This document shows positions 9,775-21,300 of a DNA stretch of 64,000 bases, one piece after another (within the stretch, counting starts at the first letter, position 1; each line of letters begins with the position of its first letter). Origin of the DNA: Eledone cirrhosa. Lineage: Eukaryota. The notes beneath the pieces were generated by a model. That model was not told the DNA's origin. It worked only from the letters and a program-made list of their open reading frames with translations, and did not search any database. The position numbers and the translations under genes are program-made. Location of the stretch: positions 28,582,001-28,646,000 of the forward strand of contig OZ024764.1 in NCBI GenBank assembly GCA_964016885.1, read 5' to 3'.

Positions 9775-12700
9775 CAGTGATTCTTTCCTGAGACATTCTA
9801 ACCACATGTCTGTGGTATCGGAGCTGTGATCTCTCAATTCAGAGATTCTTTCCTCAGACATTCTAACCACATGTCTGTAGTATCAGAGCTGTGATCTCTT
9901 AATTCAGAGATTCTTTCCGGAGACATTCTAACCACATGTCTATAGTATCAGAGCTGTGATCCCTCAATTCAGAGATTCTTTCCTGAGACATTCTAACCAC
10001 ATGTCTGTAGTATCAGAGCTGTGGTCTCTCAATTCAGTGATTCTTTCCTGAGACATTCTAACCACATGTCTGTAGTATCAGAGCTGTGATCTCTCAATTC
10101 AGAGATTCTTTCCTCAGACATTCTAACCACATGTCTGTAGTATCAGAGCTGTGGTCTCTCAATTCAGAGATTCTTTCCTCAGACATTCTAACCACATGTC
10201 TGTAGTATCAGAGCTGTGGTCTCTCAATTCAGAGATTCTTTCCTGAGACATTCTAACCACATGTCTGTAGTATCAGAGCTGTGATCTCTCAATTCAGAGA
10301 TTCTTTCCTGAGACATTCTAACCACATGTCTGTAGTATCAGAACTGTGATCTCTCAATTCAGAGATTCTTTCCTCAGACATTCTAACCACATGTCTGTAG
10401 TATCAGAGCTGTGGTCTCTCAATTCAGAGATTCTTTCCTGAGACATTCTAACCACATGTCTGTAGTATCAGAGCTGTGATCTCTCAATTCAGAGATTCTT
10501 TCCTGAGACATTCTAACCACATGTCTGTAGTATCAGACCTGTGATCTCTCAATTCAGAGATTCTTTCCTGAGACATTCTAACCACATGGCTGTAGTATCA
10601 GAACTGTGGTCTCTCAATTCAGAGATTCTTTCCTCAGACATTCTAACCACATGTCTGTAGTATCAGAACTGTGATCTCTCAATTCAGAGATTCTTTCCTG
10701 AGACATTCTAACCACATGTCTGTAGTATCAGAACTGTGATCTCTCAATTCAGAGATTCTTTCCTGAGACATTCTAACCACATGTCTGTAGTATCAGAGCT
10801 GTGATCTCTCAATTCAGGGATTCTTTCCTCAGACATTCTAACCACATGTCTGTAGTATCAGAGCTGTGATCTCTCAATTCAGAGATTCTTTCCTCAGACA
10901 TTCTAACCACATGTCTGTAGTATCAGAGCTGTGGTCTCTCAATTCAGAGATTCTTTCCTCAGACATTCTAACCACATGTCTAGTATCAGAGCTGTGGTCT
11001 CTCAATTCAGAGATTCTTTCCTCAGACATTCTAACCACATGTCTGTAGTATCAGAGCTGTGGTCTCTCAATCCAGAGATTCTTTCCTGAGACATTCTAAC
11101 CACATGTCTGTAGTATCAGAGCTGTGGTCTCTCAATTCAGAGATTCTTTCCTCAGACATTCTAACCACATGTCTGTAGTATCAGAGCTGTGGTCTCTCAA
11201 TTCAGAGATTCTTTCATGAGACATTCTAACCACATGTCTGTAGTATCAGACCTGTGATCCCTCAATTCAGAGATTCTTTCCTCAGACATTCTAACCACAT
11301 GTCTGTAGTATCAGAGCTGTGATCCCTCAATTCAGAGATTCTTTCCTCAGACATTCTAACCACATGTCTGTAGTATCAGACCTGTGATCCCTCAATTCAG
11401 AGATTCTTTCCTCAGACATTCTAACCACATGTCTGTAGTATCAGAGCTGTGATCCCTCAATTCAGAGATTCTTTCCTCAGACATTCTAACCACATGTCTG
11501 TAGTATCAGAGCTGTGATCCCTCAATTCAGAGATTCTTTCCTCAGACATTCTAACCACATGTCTGTAGTATCAGACCTGTGATCCCTCAATTCAGAGATT
11601 CTTTCCTGAGACATTCTAACCACATGTCTGTAGTATCAGAGCTGTGATCCCTCAATTCAGAGATTCTTTCCTCAGACATTCTAACCACATGTCTGTAGTA
11701 TCAGAGCTGTGATCCCTCAATTCAGAGATTCTTTCCTCAGACATTCTAACCACATGTCTGTAGTATCAGAGCTGTGATCCCTCAATTCAGAGATTCTTTC
11801 CTGAGACATTCTAACCACATGTCTGTAGTATCAGACCTGTGATCCCTCAATTCAGAGATTCTTTCCTCAGACATTCTAACCACATGTCTGTAGTATCAGA
11901 GCTGTGATCCCTCAATTCAGAGATTCTTTCCTCAGACATTCTAACCACATGTCTGTAGTATCAGACCTGTGATCCCTCAATTCAGAGATTCTTTCCTGAG
12001 ACATTCTAACCACATGTCTGTAGTATCAGAGCTGTGATCCCTCAATTCAGAGATTCTTTCCTCAGACATTCTAACCACATGTCTGTAGTATCAGAGCTGT
12101 GATCCCTCAATTCAGAGATTCTTTCCTCAGACATTCTAACCACATGTCTGTAGTATCAGACCTGTGATCCCTCAATTCAGAGATTCTTTCCTGAGACATT
12201 CTAACCACATGTCTGTAGTATCAGAGCTGTGATCCCTCAATTCAGAGATTCTTTCCTCAGACATTCTAACCACATGTCTGTAGTATCAGAGCTGTGATCT
12301 CTCAATTCAGAGATTCTTTCCTGAGACATTCTAACCACATGTCTGTAGTATCAGAGCTGTGATCTCTCAATTCAGAGATTCTTTCCTGAGACATTCTAAC
12401 CACATGTCTGTAGTATCAGACCTGTGATCCCTCAATTCAGAGATTCTTTCCTCAGACATTCTAACCACATGTCTGTAGTATCAGAGCTGTGATCCCTCAA
12501 TTCAGAGATTCTTTCCTGAGACATTCTAACCACATGTCTGTAGTATCAGAGCTGTGATCTCTCAATTCAGAGATTCTTTCCTGAGACATTCTAACCACAT
12601 GTCTGTAGTATCAGAGCTGTGATCTCTCAATTCAGAGATTCTTTCCTGAGACATTCTAACCACATGTCTGTAGTATCAGAGCTGTGATCTCTCAATTCAG

Positions 12701-12792
12701 AGATTCTTTCCTGAGACATTCTAACCACATGTCTGTAGTATCAGAGCTGTGATCTCTCAATTCAGAGATTCTTTCCTGAGACATTCTAACCA
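9775..12792. repeat. 65-bp satellite, ~46 copies
   Basis: gattctttcctgagacattctaaccacatgtctgtagtatcagagctgtgatctctcaattcaga. Confidence 0.98.
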
Positions 12793-12977
12793 GTTAGTTA
12801 GTTTTAGCAATTGGTGTTAGGAAGCACATCCAGCCGTAGAAAACCTGCCAGATACAGTCCTATACAAGCAAGACATGGTCACTCGATCAGTCTGGCCCCA
12901 AGTGGTACAATTCCTGTCTAACCCATGCTAGTGTGGAAGATGATGTTAAACGATGATGATGATATATATATATATAT

Positions 12978-13315
12978 GGAGGCACATGGCTTAGTGGTTA
13001 GAGCATTGGCCTTGCAATCGAAAGGTTGTGAGATCAATTCTCAGACCAGATGATGTGTTGTTTCCTTGAGCAAGACACTTTATTTCACATTGCTCCAGTT
13101 AACTCAGCTGTAGAAATGAGATGATAGGGACTGGGGTCCCTATCATTCCACTGCAAAGTGGTTGTGGAGGTGCCATGGCAAAAAAGCACCCAGCTTTAAA
13201 TGAGGTTGGTGTTAGGAAGGGCATCCAGCTGTAGAAATCAAGCCAGAATCAGTTCCCGTCCCACCCTTGCAAGCAGGGAAAAAGCGGACGTAAAATGAAA
13301 TGATGATGATGATGA
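12978..13315 (+). mobile_element. tRNA-derived SINE with RTE-derived 3' tail (copies 45268-45688 -, 32692-32963 -)
   Basis: A-box tggcttagtggttagagc, B-box-like gagatcaattc, central ccttgagcaagacacttt, RTE 3'UTR motifs and (GAT)n. Confidence 0.8.
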
Positions 13316-13969
13316 TATATGAGGGGGCTTCAAAAATTTGGTGGAAAATGGACATTTGGAAAAAAGGGTTTAAGTTATGATGTATATTTTTCAACATACG
13401 CTCCATCTAGGTCAGTACCCTTCTGCAAGCGTTGATACCAGCCTTTAAGTCCATCTGTGTAAAACTGAGGGTCATGTGATTTAAACCATGTCATAGTACC
13501 TTTTTTTACATCTTCAACTGGGGATCATCTTTAGCCTCATCTCTTCCACTTATGTGAAGGTATTGTTCTCAAAATAGATAATATTAAAATCTCGTGGATT
13601 TAATATTATGTGAGATAATTATGTGAAATAAAGTGTTCACAGTGAAAATACAACAGTAAATATAGAGTAATCATCCACATCATCATCATGTGTGGTAAGA
13701 TACCAGGTGGACCATAAAGCACCAGAGTACTCGATACTTAGGGTAGTAGAGTGGGTAATAGGAAAATAGTCAGGACCCCGACGGCTGAGCTCCTGCCGTT
13801 TCGATTCAACAGCTAGATCTGAACTAAGCCACCAGTATTAGAACAGTGGGAATCTATGATAAGTTCAGCTCGATTCCTGCCGTTCTAATACCAGTGGCTT
13901 AGTTCGGATCTAGCTGTGAAAACGGCCAGAGCTCAGCTGTCGGGGTCCAGACTCTTTTCCTATATATAT

Positions 13970-14225
13970 ATCATCATCATCATCATTTTACGTCCGCTTT
14001 TCCCTGCTTGGGTGGGATGGGTCCTATTAAGCATGGCATCTCTCCATTCGTCGCGGCCTTTTGTCATCTCCTCCGTGAGCTTCAGCGATCTGAGGTCTGC
14101 TCTCACCACCTCCGCCAATGTTTTTCGTGGTCTTCCTCGACTGCGTCTTCCTTCTACTGGGATTTCTTGGCACTTCTTTACCCAGCGGTCATCGTCCATG
14201 CGCATCACATGTCCATACCAACGCA
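13970..14225 (-). mobile_element. RTE subfamily-2 3' fragment
   Basis: RWYGHVMRMDDDRWVKKCQEIPVEGRRSRGRP; (CAT)n tail. Confidence 0.88.
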
Positions 14226-14278
14226 ATGTATGCTAAATGGTTAAAATAATTAAAATTGTATTAATTTTTCTATTGCAG

Positions 14279-14412
14279 TTTTTTTTCCGTTTGCAAATAA
14301 ATTGTTCAACGCACTCAACTTGGGAAAAAGTTTACTTGGAAATCAAATATATTTCCGGAAGTTTTGCAAAATCCTGATAGATGAACGAAAGAAGGTGCTG
14401 AAGAAGGACCAT
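14279..14412 (+). CDS. P450 exon (FFPFANKLFNALNLGKSLLGNQIYFRKFCKILIDERKKVLKKDH)
   Basis: ttgcag acceptor, gttagt donor (an in-frame alternative donor at 14395 is possible); F/G-helix-like sequence; phases fit. Confidence 0.82.
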
Positions 14413-14499
14413 GTTAGTTATATATTCCTTATTCTAATTAGCAGATAACCACCCTTCAGGTGGTTTTCTGCTAGCATGTGTAGTGTGTATATTGATATT

Positions 14500-14772
14500 A
14501 TAATAATAATAATAATAATAATAATGAAATTATTGTGTAAAGTGCTCAGGTGCACTACAACTCGTCAATATAGTACATAGAATAATACACAAATGTCAGG
14601 GAAGTACATGTTTGTATGTGTTAGCTGTAGTGTTGGCGGATCTCGGGAAGCATGGAGGCCTTAAAGGATGCAGTGTCTCGACAGCTAACAACTGATGCAG
14701 GTAGTTTGTTCCATGCTTCAGCAACTCTGAGCGTGAAAAAATGTTTCCGAAAGTCATGGGAACTGTGCTGTT
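14500..14772 (-). mobile_element. CR1 3' fragment inserted in another repeat
   Basis: KQHSSHDFRKHFFTLRVAEAWNKLP; (AAT)n tail; matches 44575-44895. Confidence 0.88.
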
Positions 14773-15280
14773 TTATACCAAGTATATATACATGTAGATA
14801 TGATACATCAAATAAAATCGTAATTGACAATATACACAGAAATTGAACGAAGACTGCGTTACACTGTCTTATGTAATCAGTAAAGTAATCCATGATACAT
14901 TAAAAAAAGACGATATTATATATAAACTGCATTAGGAAGGGTGGTTTTTCTGCTAGTATATTTAATCAACAGCTATGAAACTTAGTAGATAAATTATGTA
15001 ATATTCATTCATTATTAATTCAAAGTAATTAATAAGTAATTAATTCAAAAGGCGGTAGATTGGCAGTATCAAATCCCGCCGAGGTTAACTTTGCTTTTCA
15101 TCCTTACGGGGTCGATAAAATAAAGTACCAGTAATGTACTGGATAATTGCTGGCCTTGTGCCAAACGTAGAAACAATTATTTATTCAAAGTAATCCAACT
15201 TATTTTACTAACTGGATTAAAAGAAATAAACCGTACACAGTCCTGCACTTCTTACTTTATTATAGTTTAGATTTCCTCAG

Positions 15281-15474
15281 GGCGGTGGATTGGCAGTATC
15301 GGTAGAGGGTCGGACGCCATGCTTTGCAACAAAGAGTTACGGCCCTTTACAGTCTGAGTTCAAATCCCGCCGAGGTTAACTTTGCCTTTCATCCTTACGG
15401 GGTCGATAAAATAAAGTACCAGTAATGCACTGGGTAATTGCTGGCCTTGTGCCAAAAGCCAAAAGTAGAAACAA

Positions 15475-15478
<4 letters not shown>
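15281..15478 (+). mobile_element. Second tRNA-SINE family (copies 15051-15180, 15860-16048 -, 16380-16598 -, 48445-48630, 60290-60458, 61108-61280)
   Basis: tggcagtatcggtagag A-box, gagttcaaatccc B-box, gcctttcatccttacggggtcgataaaat central domain. Confidence 0.8.
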
Positions 15479-15526
<48 letters not shown>

Positions 15527-15562
15527 TATGAATTATAAAGCCAAGTTCCTGTAGGTTCACCA

Positions 15563-15598
<36 letters not shown>

Positions 15599-15703
15599 GC
15601 AGACAAGATCGTTGCTGCTCCAACCAGTATAGTTTACCAGTGATAATCACCCTAAATATACATACATTTACACTACCATATATACACCATATATGTATGT
15701 ATG

Positions 15704-15760
<57 letters not shown>

Positions 15761-16599
15761 GCAAGCAAGCAATCATCGAATGCCCTATACGTAAATAATA
15801 CACTCGGAAAACGAAGTATTTATTCAAAAATTAAAATCATATATATATATATATAGTAATAATTGTTTCTACTTTAGGCACAAGGCCAGCAATTACCCAG
15901 TGCATTACTGGTACTTTATTTTATCGACCCTGTAAGGATGAAAGGCAAAGTCAACCTCGGCGGGATTTGAACTCAGATCGTAAAGGGACGTAACTATGCT
16001 GGAAAGCATGCCGTCCGACCCTCCACCGATACTGCCAATCCACTGCCCTCCCCCATATATATATAGTAATAATAATAAATGTGAAGACTAAAATCCAAAG
16101 TCGATAAAATAAAGTACCAGTTACACACTGGGGTTGATTTAATCAACTTTGCCCTCCCCCAAAATTGCTGGCCTTCTGCCTATATAAGAAACCATTATTC
16201 TAATTTCTTTCTCACAAATCTTTGAAATATTTTTACTAGCTTATTAACTGACAATACATTACCACATGTATACAATCATCATCATCATCATTTGCCGAAT
16301 TTTGAGGGTGAGTACGGTTTTGTATGGCAGGAGTTATGGGTACAGGGTGACATTTGGTTTGGGGTGTTTTCTGAGTTTAATAATGGTTTCTTATATAGGC
16401 ACAAGGCCAGCAATTTTGGGGGAGGGGAAAGTCGATTAAATCGACCCCAGTCGATTAAATACTTTATTTTATCGACCCTGTAAGGATGAAAGGCAAAATT
16501 AACCTCAGTGGGATTTGAACTCAGATCATAAAGGGCCGTAACTCTATGCGTCAAATCATGGTGTCCAACCCTCTACCGATACTGCCAATCCACCACCCT

Positions 16600-18085
16600 A
16601 ATAATAATAATAAGGAAATTATTGTGTACAGTGCTCAGGTGCACTACAACTCATCAAAGGTGCATGTATAGTACATAGAATAATATACAAATGTCAGGAA
16701 AATGAACATTGTATGAGTCATGATATACATGTGTGCGTGTGTATGGAGGGGGGATATCATGTATAGGGTTGGCAAATCTCAGGAAACATGGAGGTTTTAA
16801 AGGATGCAGGTAGTTTGTTCCATGGAGGTTTTAAAGGATGCAGTGTCTTGACAGCTAACAACTGATGCAGAGAGTTTGTTCCATGGAGGTTTTAAAGGAT
16901 GCAGTGTCCCGACAGCTAACAACTGCTGCAGGGAGTTTGTTCCATGGAGGTTTTAAAAGATGCAGTGTCTCGACAGCTAACAACAGATGGAGAGAGTTTG
17001 TTCCATGGAGGTTTTAAAGGATGCAGTGTCTTGACAGCTAACAACTGATGCAGAGAGTTTGTTCCATGGAGGTTTTAAAGGATGCAGTGTCTCGACAGCT
17101 AACAACTGATGAAGGTAGTTTGTTCCATGGAAGTTTTAAAAGATGCAGTGTCTCGACAGCTAACAACTGATGCAGGTAGTTTGTTCCATGGAAGTTTTAA
17201 AGGATGCAGTGTCTCGACAGCTAACAACTGATGCAGGTAGTTTGTTCCATGGAGGTTTTAAAGGATGCAGGTAGTTTGTTCCATGGAGGTTTTAAAGGAT
17301 GCAGTGTCTTGACAGCTAACAACTGATGCAGAGAGTTTGTTCCATGGAGGTTTTAAAGGATGCAGTGTCTCGACAGCTAACAACTGATGAAGGTAGTTTG
17401 TTCCATGGAAGTTTTAAAAGATGCAGTGTCTCGACAGCTAACAACTGATGCAGGTAGTTTGTTCCATGGAAGTTTTAAAGGATGCAGTGTCTCGACAGCT
17501 AACAACTGATGCAGGTAGTTTGTTCCATGGAGGTTTTAAAGGATGCAGGTAGTTTGTTCCATGGAAGTTTTAAAGGATGCAGTGTCTCGACAGCTAACAA
17601 CTGATGCAGGTAGTTTGTTCCATGGAGGTTTTAAAGGATGCAGGTAGTTTGTTCCATGGAGGTTTTAAAGGATGCAGTGTCTCGACAGCTAACAACTGAT
17701 GCAGAGAGTTTGTTCCATGGAGGTTTTAAAGGATGCAGTGTCCCGACAGCTAACAACAGATGGAGAGAGTTTGTTCCATGGAGGTTTTAAAGGATGCAGT
17801 GTCCCGACAGCTAACAACTGATGCAGGGAGTTTGTTCCATGCTTCAGCAACTCTGAGCATGAAAAGATATTTCTGAAAGTCAGGGGAGCTGTGCTGTTTT
17901 CTGACTTTGTAGGCATGCCCACGGGTGTTAGACACATGGAATTCAAAAAGGTGCTCAGGGTTGTTGTTGGCAAGAGGGTTAATAATCTTGTAGGTGTTTA
18001 CCAAGTCAGTTGCCAGACGTTGGAGCTTCAATGTATCCATGCCCAGGGAAGCAAGGTGTTCAGAGTATGGTAGATGCCATAGGGT
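16600..18085 (-). mobile_element. CR1 3' fragment containing an amplified 61-bp unit
   Basis: HLPYSEHLASLGMDTLKLQRL...AWNKLP on minus strand; (AAT)n tail at 16600. Confidence 0.88.
16787..17840. repeat. 61-bp (with 34-bp variants) tandem array of CR1 ORF2-end sequence
   Basis: gtttgttccatggaggttttaaaggatgcagtgtctcgacagctaacaactgatgcaggta. Confidence 0.95.
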
Positions 18086-18374
18086 ATTCACTTGGTTGCA
18101 TGTCTCTGGACTGATTGGAGCTATAGCAGTTTTATTTATGTGTATACATATATATTTAAAAGGCTCCCAGTACACACTGTAAATGTGGTTGGTGTTAGGA
18201 AGGGCATCCAGCCGTAGAAAACCTGCCAGATACAGTCCTATACGAGTGAGACACAGTCACCCAACCAATCTTGCCTTAAGTGGGACAATTCCCATCTAAC
18301 CCATACTAGTGTGGACGATAGACGTTAAACGATGATGATGATGATAGGATAGGCCTAAGTGAATGCATCCAGTG

Positions 18375-21300
18375 AAGCCTCCAGCTCACACTGTAAAGTG
18401 GTCGTGTAGGTGTCACAACAAAAAGCACCCAGTCCACACTGTAAAGTGGTCGTGTAGGAGTCACAACAAAAAGCACCCAGTCCACACTGTAAAGTGGTCG
18501 TGTAGGTGTCACAACAAAAAGCACCCAGTCCACACTGTAAAGTGGTCGTGGAGGTGTCACGACAAAAAGCACCCAGTCCACACTGTAAAGTGGTCGTGTA
18601 GGAGTCACAACAAAAAGCACCCAGTCCACACTGTAAAGTGGTCGTGTAGGAGTCACAACAAAAAGCACCCAGTCCACACTGTAAAGTGGTCGTGTAGGAG
18701 TCACAACAAAAAGCACCCAGTCCACACTGTAAAGTGGTCGTGTAGGAGTCACAACAAAAAGCACCCAGTCCACACTGTAAAGTGGTCGTGTAGGTGTCAC
18801 AACAAAAAGCACCCAGTCCACACTGTAAAGTGGTCGTGTAGGAGTCACAACAAAAAGCACCCAGTCCACACTGTAAAGTGGTCGTGTAGGTGTCACAACA
18901 AAAAGCCTCCAGCTCACACTGTAAAGTGGTCGTGTAGGAGTCACAACAAAAAGCACCCAGTCCACACTGTAAAGTGGTCGTGTAGGAGTCACAACAAAAA
19001 GCACCCAGTCCACACTGTAAAGTGGTCGTGTAGGTGTCACAACAAAAAGCACCCAGTCCACACTGTAAAGTGGTCGTGTAGGAGTCACAACAAAAAGCAC
19101 CCAGTCCACACTGTAAAGTGGTCGTGTAGGTGTCACAACAAAAAGCCTCCAGCTCACACTGTAAAGTGGTCGTGTAGGTGTCACAACAAAAAGCACCCAG
19201 CTCACACTGTAAAGTGGTCGTGTAGGTGTCACAACAAAAAGCCTCCAGCTCACACTGTAAAGTGGTCGTGTAGGAGTCACAACAAAAAGCACCCAGCTCA
19301 CACTGTAAAGTGGTCGTGTAGGTGTCACAACAAAAAGCCTCCAGCTCACACTGTAAAGTGGTCGTGTAGGAGTCACAACAAAAAGCACCCAGTCCACACT
19401 GTAAAGTGGTCGTGTAGGAGTCACAACAAAAAGCACCCAGTCCACACTGTAAAGTGGTCGTGTAGGTGTCACAACAAAAAGCACCCAGTCCACACTGTAA
19501 AGTGGTCGTGTAGGAGTCACAACAAAAAGCACCCAGTCCACACTGTAAAGTGGTCGTGTAGGAGTCACAACAAAAAGCACCCAGTCCACACTGTAAAGTG
19601 GTCGTGTAGGAGTCACAACAAAAAGCACCCAGTCCACACTGTAAAGTGGTCGTGTAGGAGTCACAACAAAAAGCACCCAGTCCACACTGTAAAGTGGTCG
19701 TGTAGGAGTCACAACAAAAAGTACCCAGTCCACACTGTAAAGTGGTTGTGTAGGAGTCACAACAAAAAGCACCCAGTCCACACTGTAAAGTGGTCGTGTA
19801 GGTGTCACAACAAAAAGCACCCAGTCCACACTGTAAAGTGGTCGTGTAGGAGTCACAACAAAAAGCACCCAGTCCACACTGTAAAGTGGTTGTGTAGGAG
19901 TCACAACAAAAAGCACCCAGTCCACACTGTAAAGTGGTCATGTAGGTGTCACAACAAAAAGTACCCAGTCCACACTGTAAAGTGGTCATGTAGGAGTCAC
20001 AACAAAAAGCACCCAGTCTACACTGTAAAGTGGTCGTGTAGGAGTCACAACAAAAAGCACCCAGTCCACACTGTAAAGTGGTCGTGTAGGAGTCACAACA
20101 AAAAGCACCCAGTCCACACTGTAAAGTGGTCGTGTAGGAGTCACAACAAAAAGCACCCAGTCCACACTGTAAAGTGGTCGTGTAGGAGTCACAACAAAAA
20201 GCACCCAGTCCACACTGTAAAGTGGTCGTGTAGGAGTCACAACAAAAAGCACCCAGTCCACACTGTAAAGTGGTTGTGTAGGAGTCACAACAAAAAGCAC
20301 CCAGTCCACACTGTAAAGTGGTCGTGTAGGAGTCACAACAAAAAGCACCCAGTCCACACTGTAAAGTGGTCGTGTAGGAGTCACAACAAAAAGCACCCAG
20401 TCCACACTGTAAAGTGGTCGTGTAGGAGTCACAACAAAAACCACCCAGTCCACACTGTAAAGTGGTCGTGTAGGAGTCACAACAAAAACCACCCAGTCCA
20501 CACTGTAAAGTGGTCGTGTAGGAGTCACAACAAAAAGCACCCAGTCCACACTGTAAAGTGGTCGTGTAGGAGGCACAACAAAAAGCACCCAGTCCACACT
20601 GTAAAGTGGTCGTGTAGGAGTCACAACAAAAAGCACCCAGTCCACACTGTAAAGTGGTCGTGTAGGAGTCACAACAAAAAGCACCCAGTCCACACTGTAA
20701 AGTGGTCGTGTAGGAGTCACAACAAAAAGCACCCAGTCCACACTGTAAACGTGGTTGGTGTTAGGAGTCACAACAAAAAGCACCCAGTCCACACTGTAAA
20801 GTGGTCGTGTAGGTGTCACAACAAAAAGCACCCAGTCCACACTGTAAAGTGGTCGTGTAGGTGTCACAACAAAAAGCACCCAGTCCACACTGTAAAGTGG
20901 TCGTGTAGGAGTCACAACAAAAAGCACCCAGTCCACACTGTAAAGTGGTCGTGTAGGAGGCACAACAAAAAGCACCCAGTCCACACTGTAAAGTGGTCGT
21001 GTAGGAGTCACAACAAAAAGCACCCAGTCCACACTGTAAAGTGGTCGTGTAGGAGTCACAACAAAAAGCACCCAGTCCACACTGTAAAGTGGTCGTGTAG
21101 GAGTCACAACAAAAAGCACCCAGTCCACACTGTAAACGTGGTTGGTGTTAGGAGTCACAACAAAAAGCACCCAGTCCACACTGTAAAGTGGTCGTGTAGG
21201 TGTCACAACAAAAAGCACCCAGTCCACACTGTAAAGTGGTCGTGTAGGTGTCACAACAAAAAGCACCCAGTCCACACTGTAAAGTGGTCGTGTAGGAGTC

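Noticed and set aside
9775-12792. CRISPR-like regularity of the 65-bp and 48-bp arrays
   Set aside because: Head-to-tail monomers with no unique spacers, no cas genes, eukaryotic context
12978-13050. tRNA gene
   Set aside because: A/B boxes continue into a SINE body and RTE tail; no intact cloverleaf
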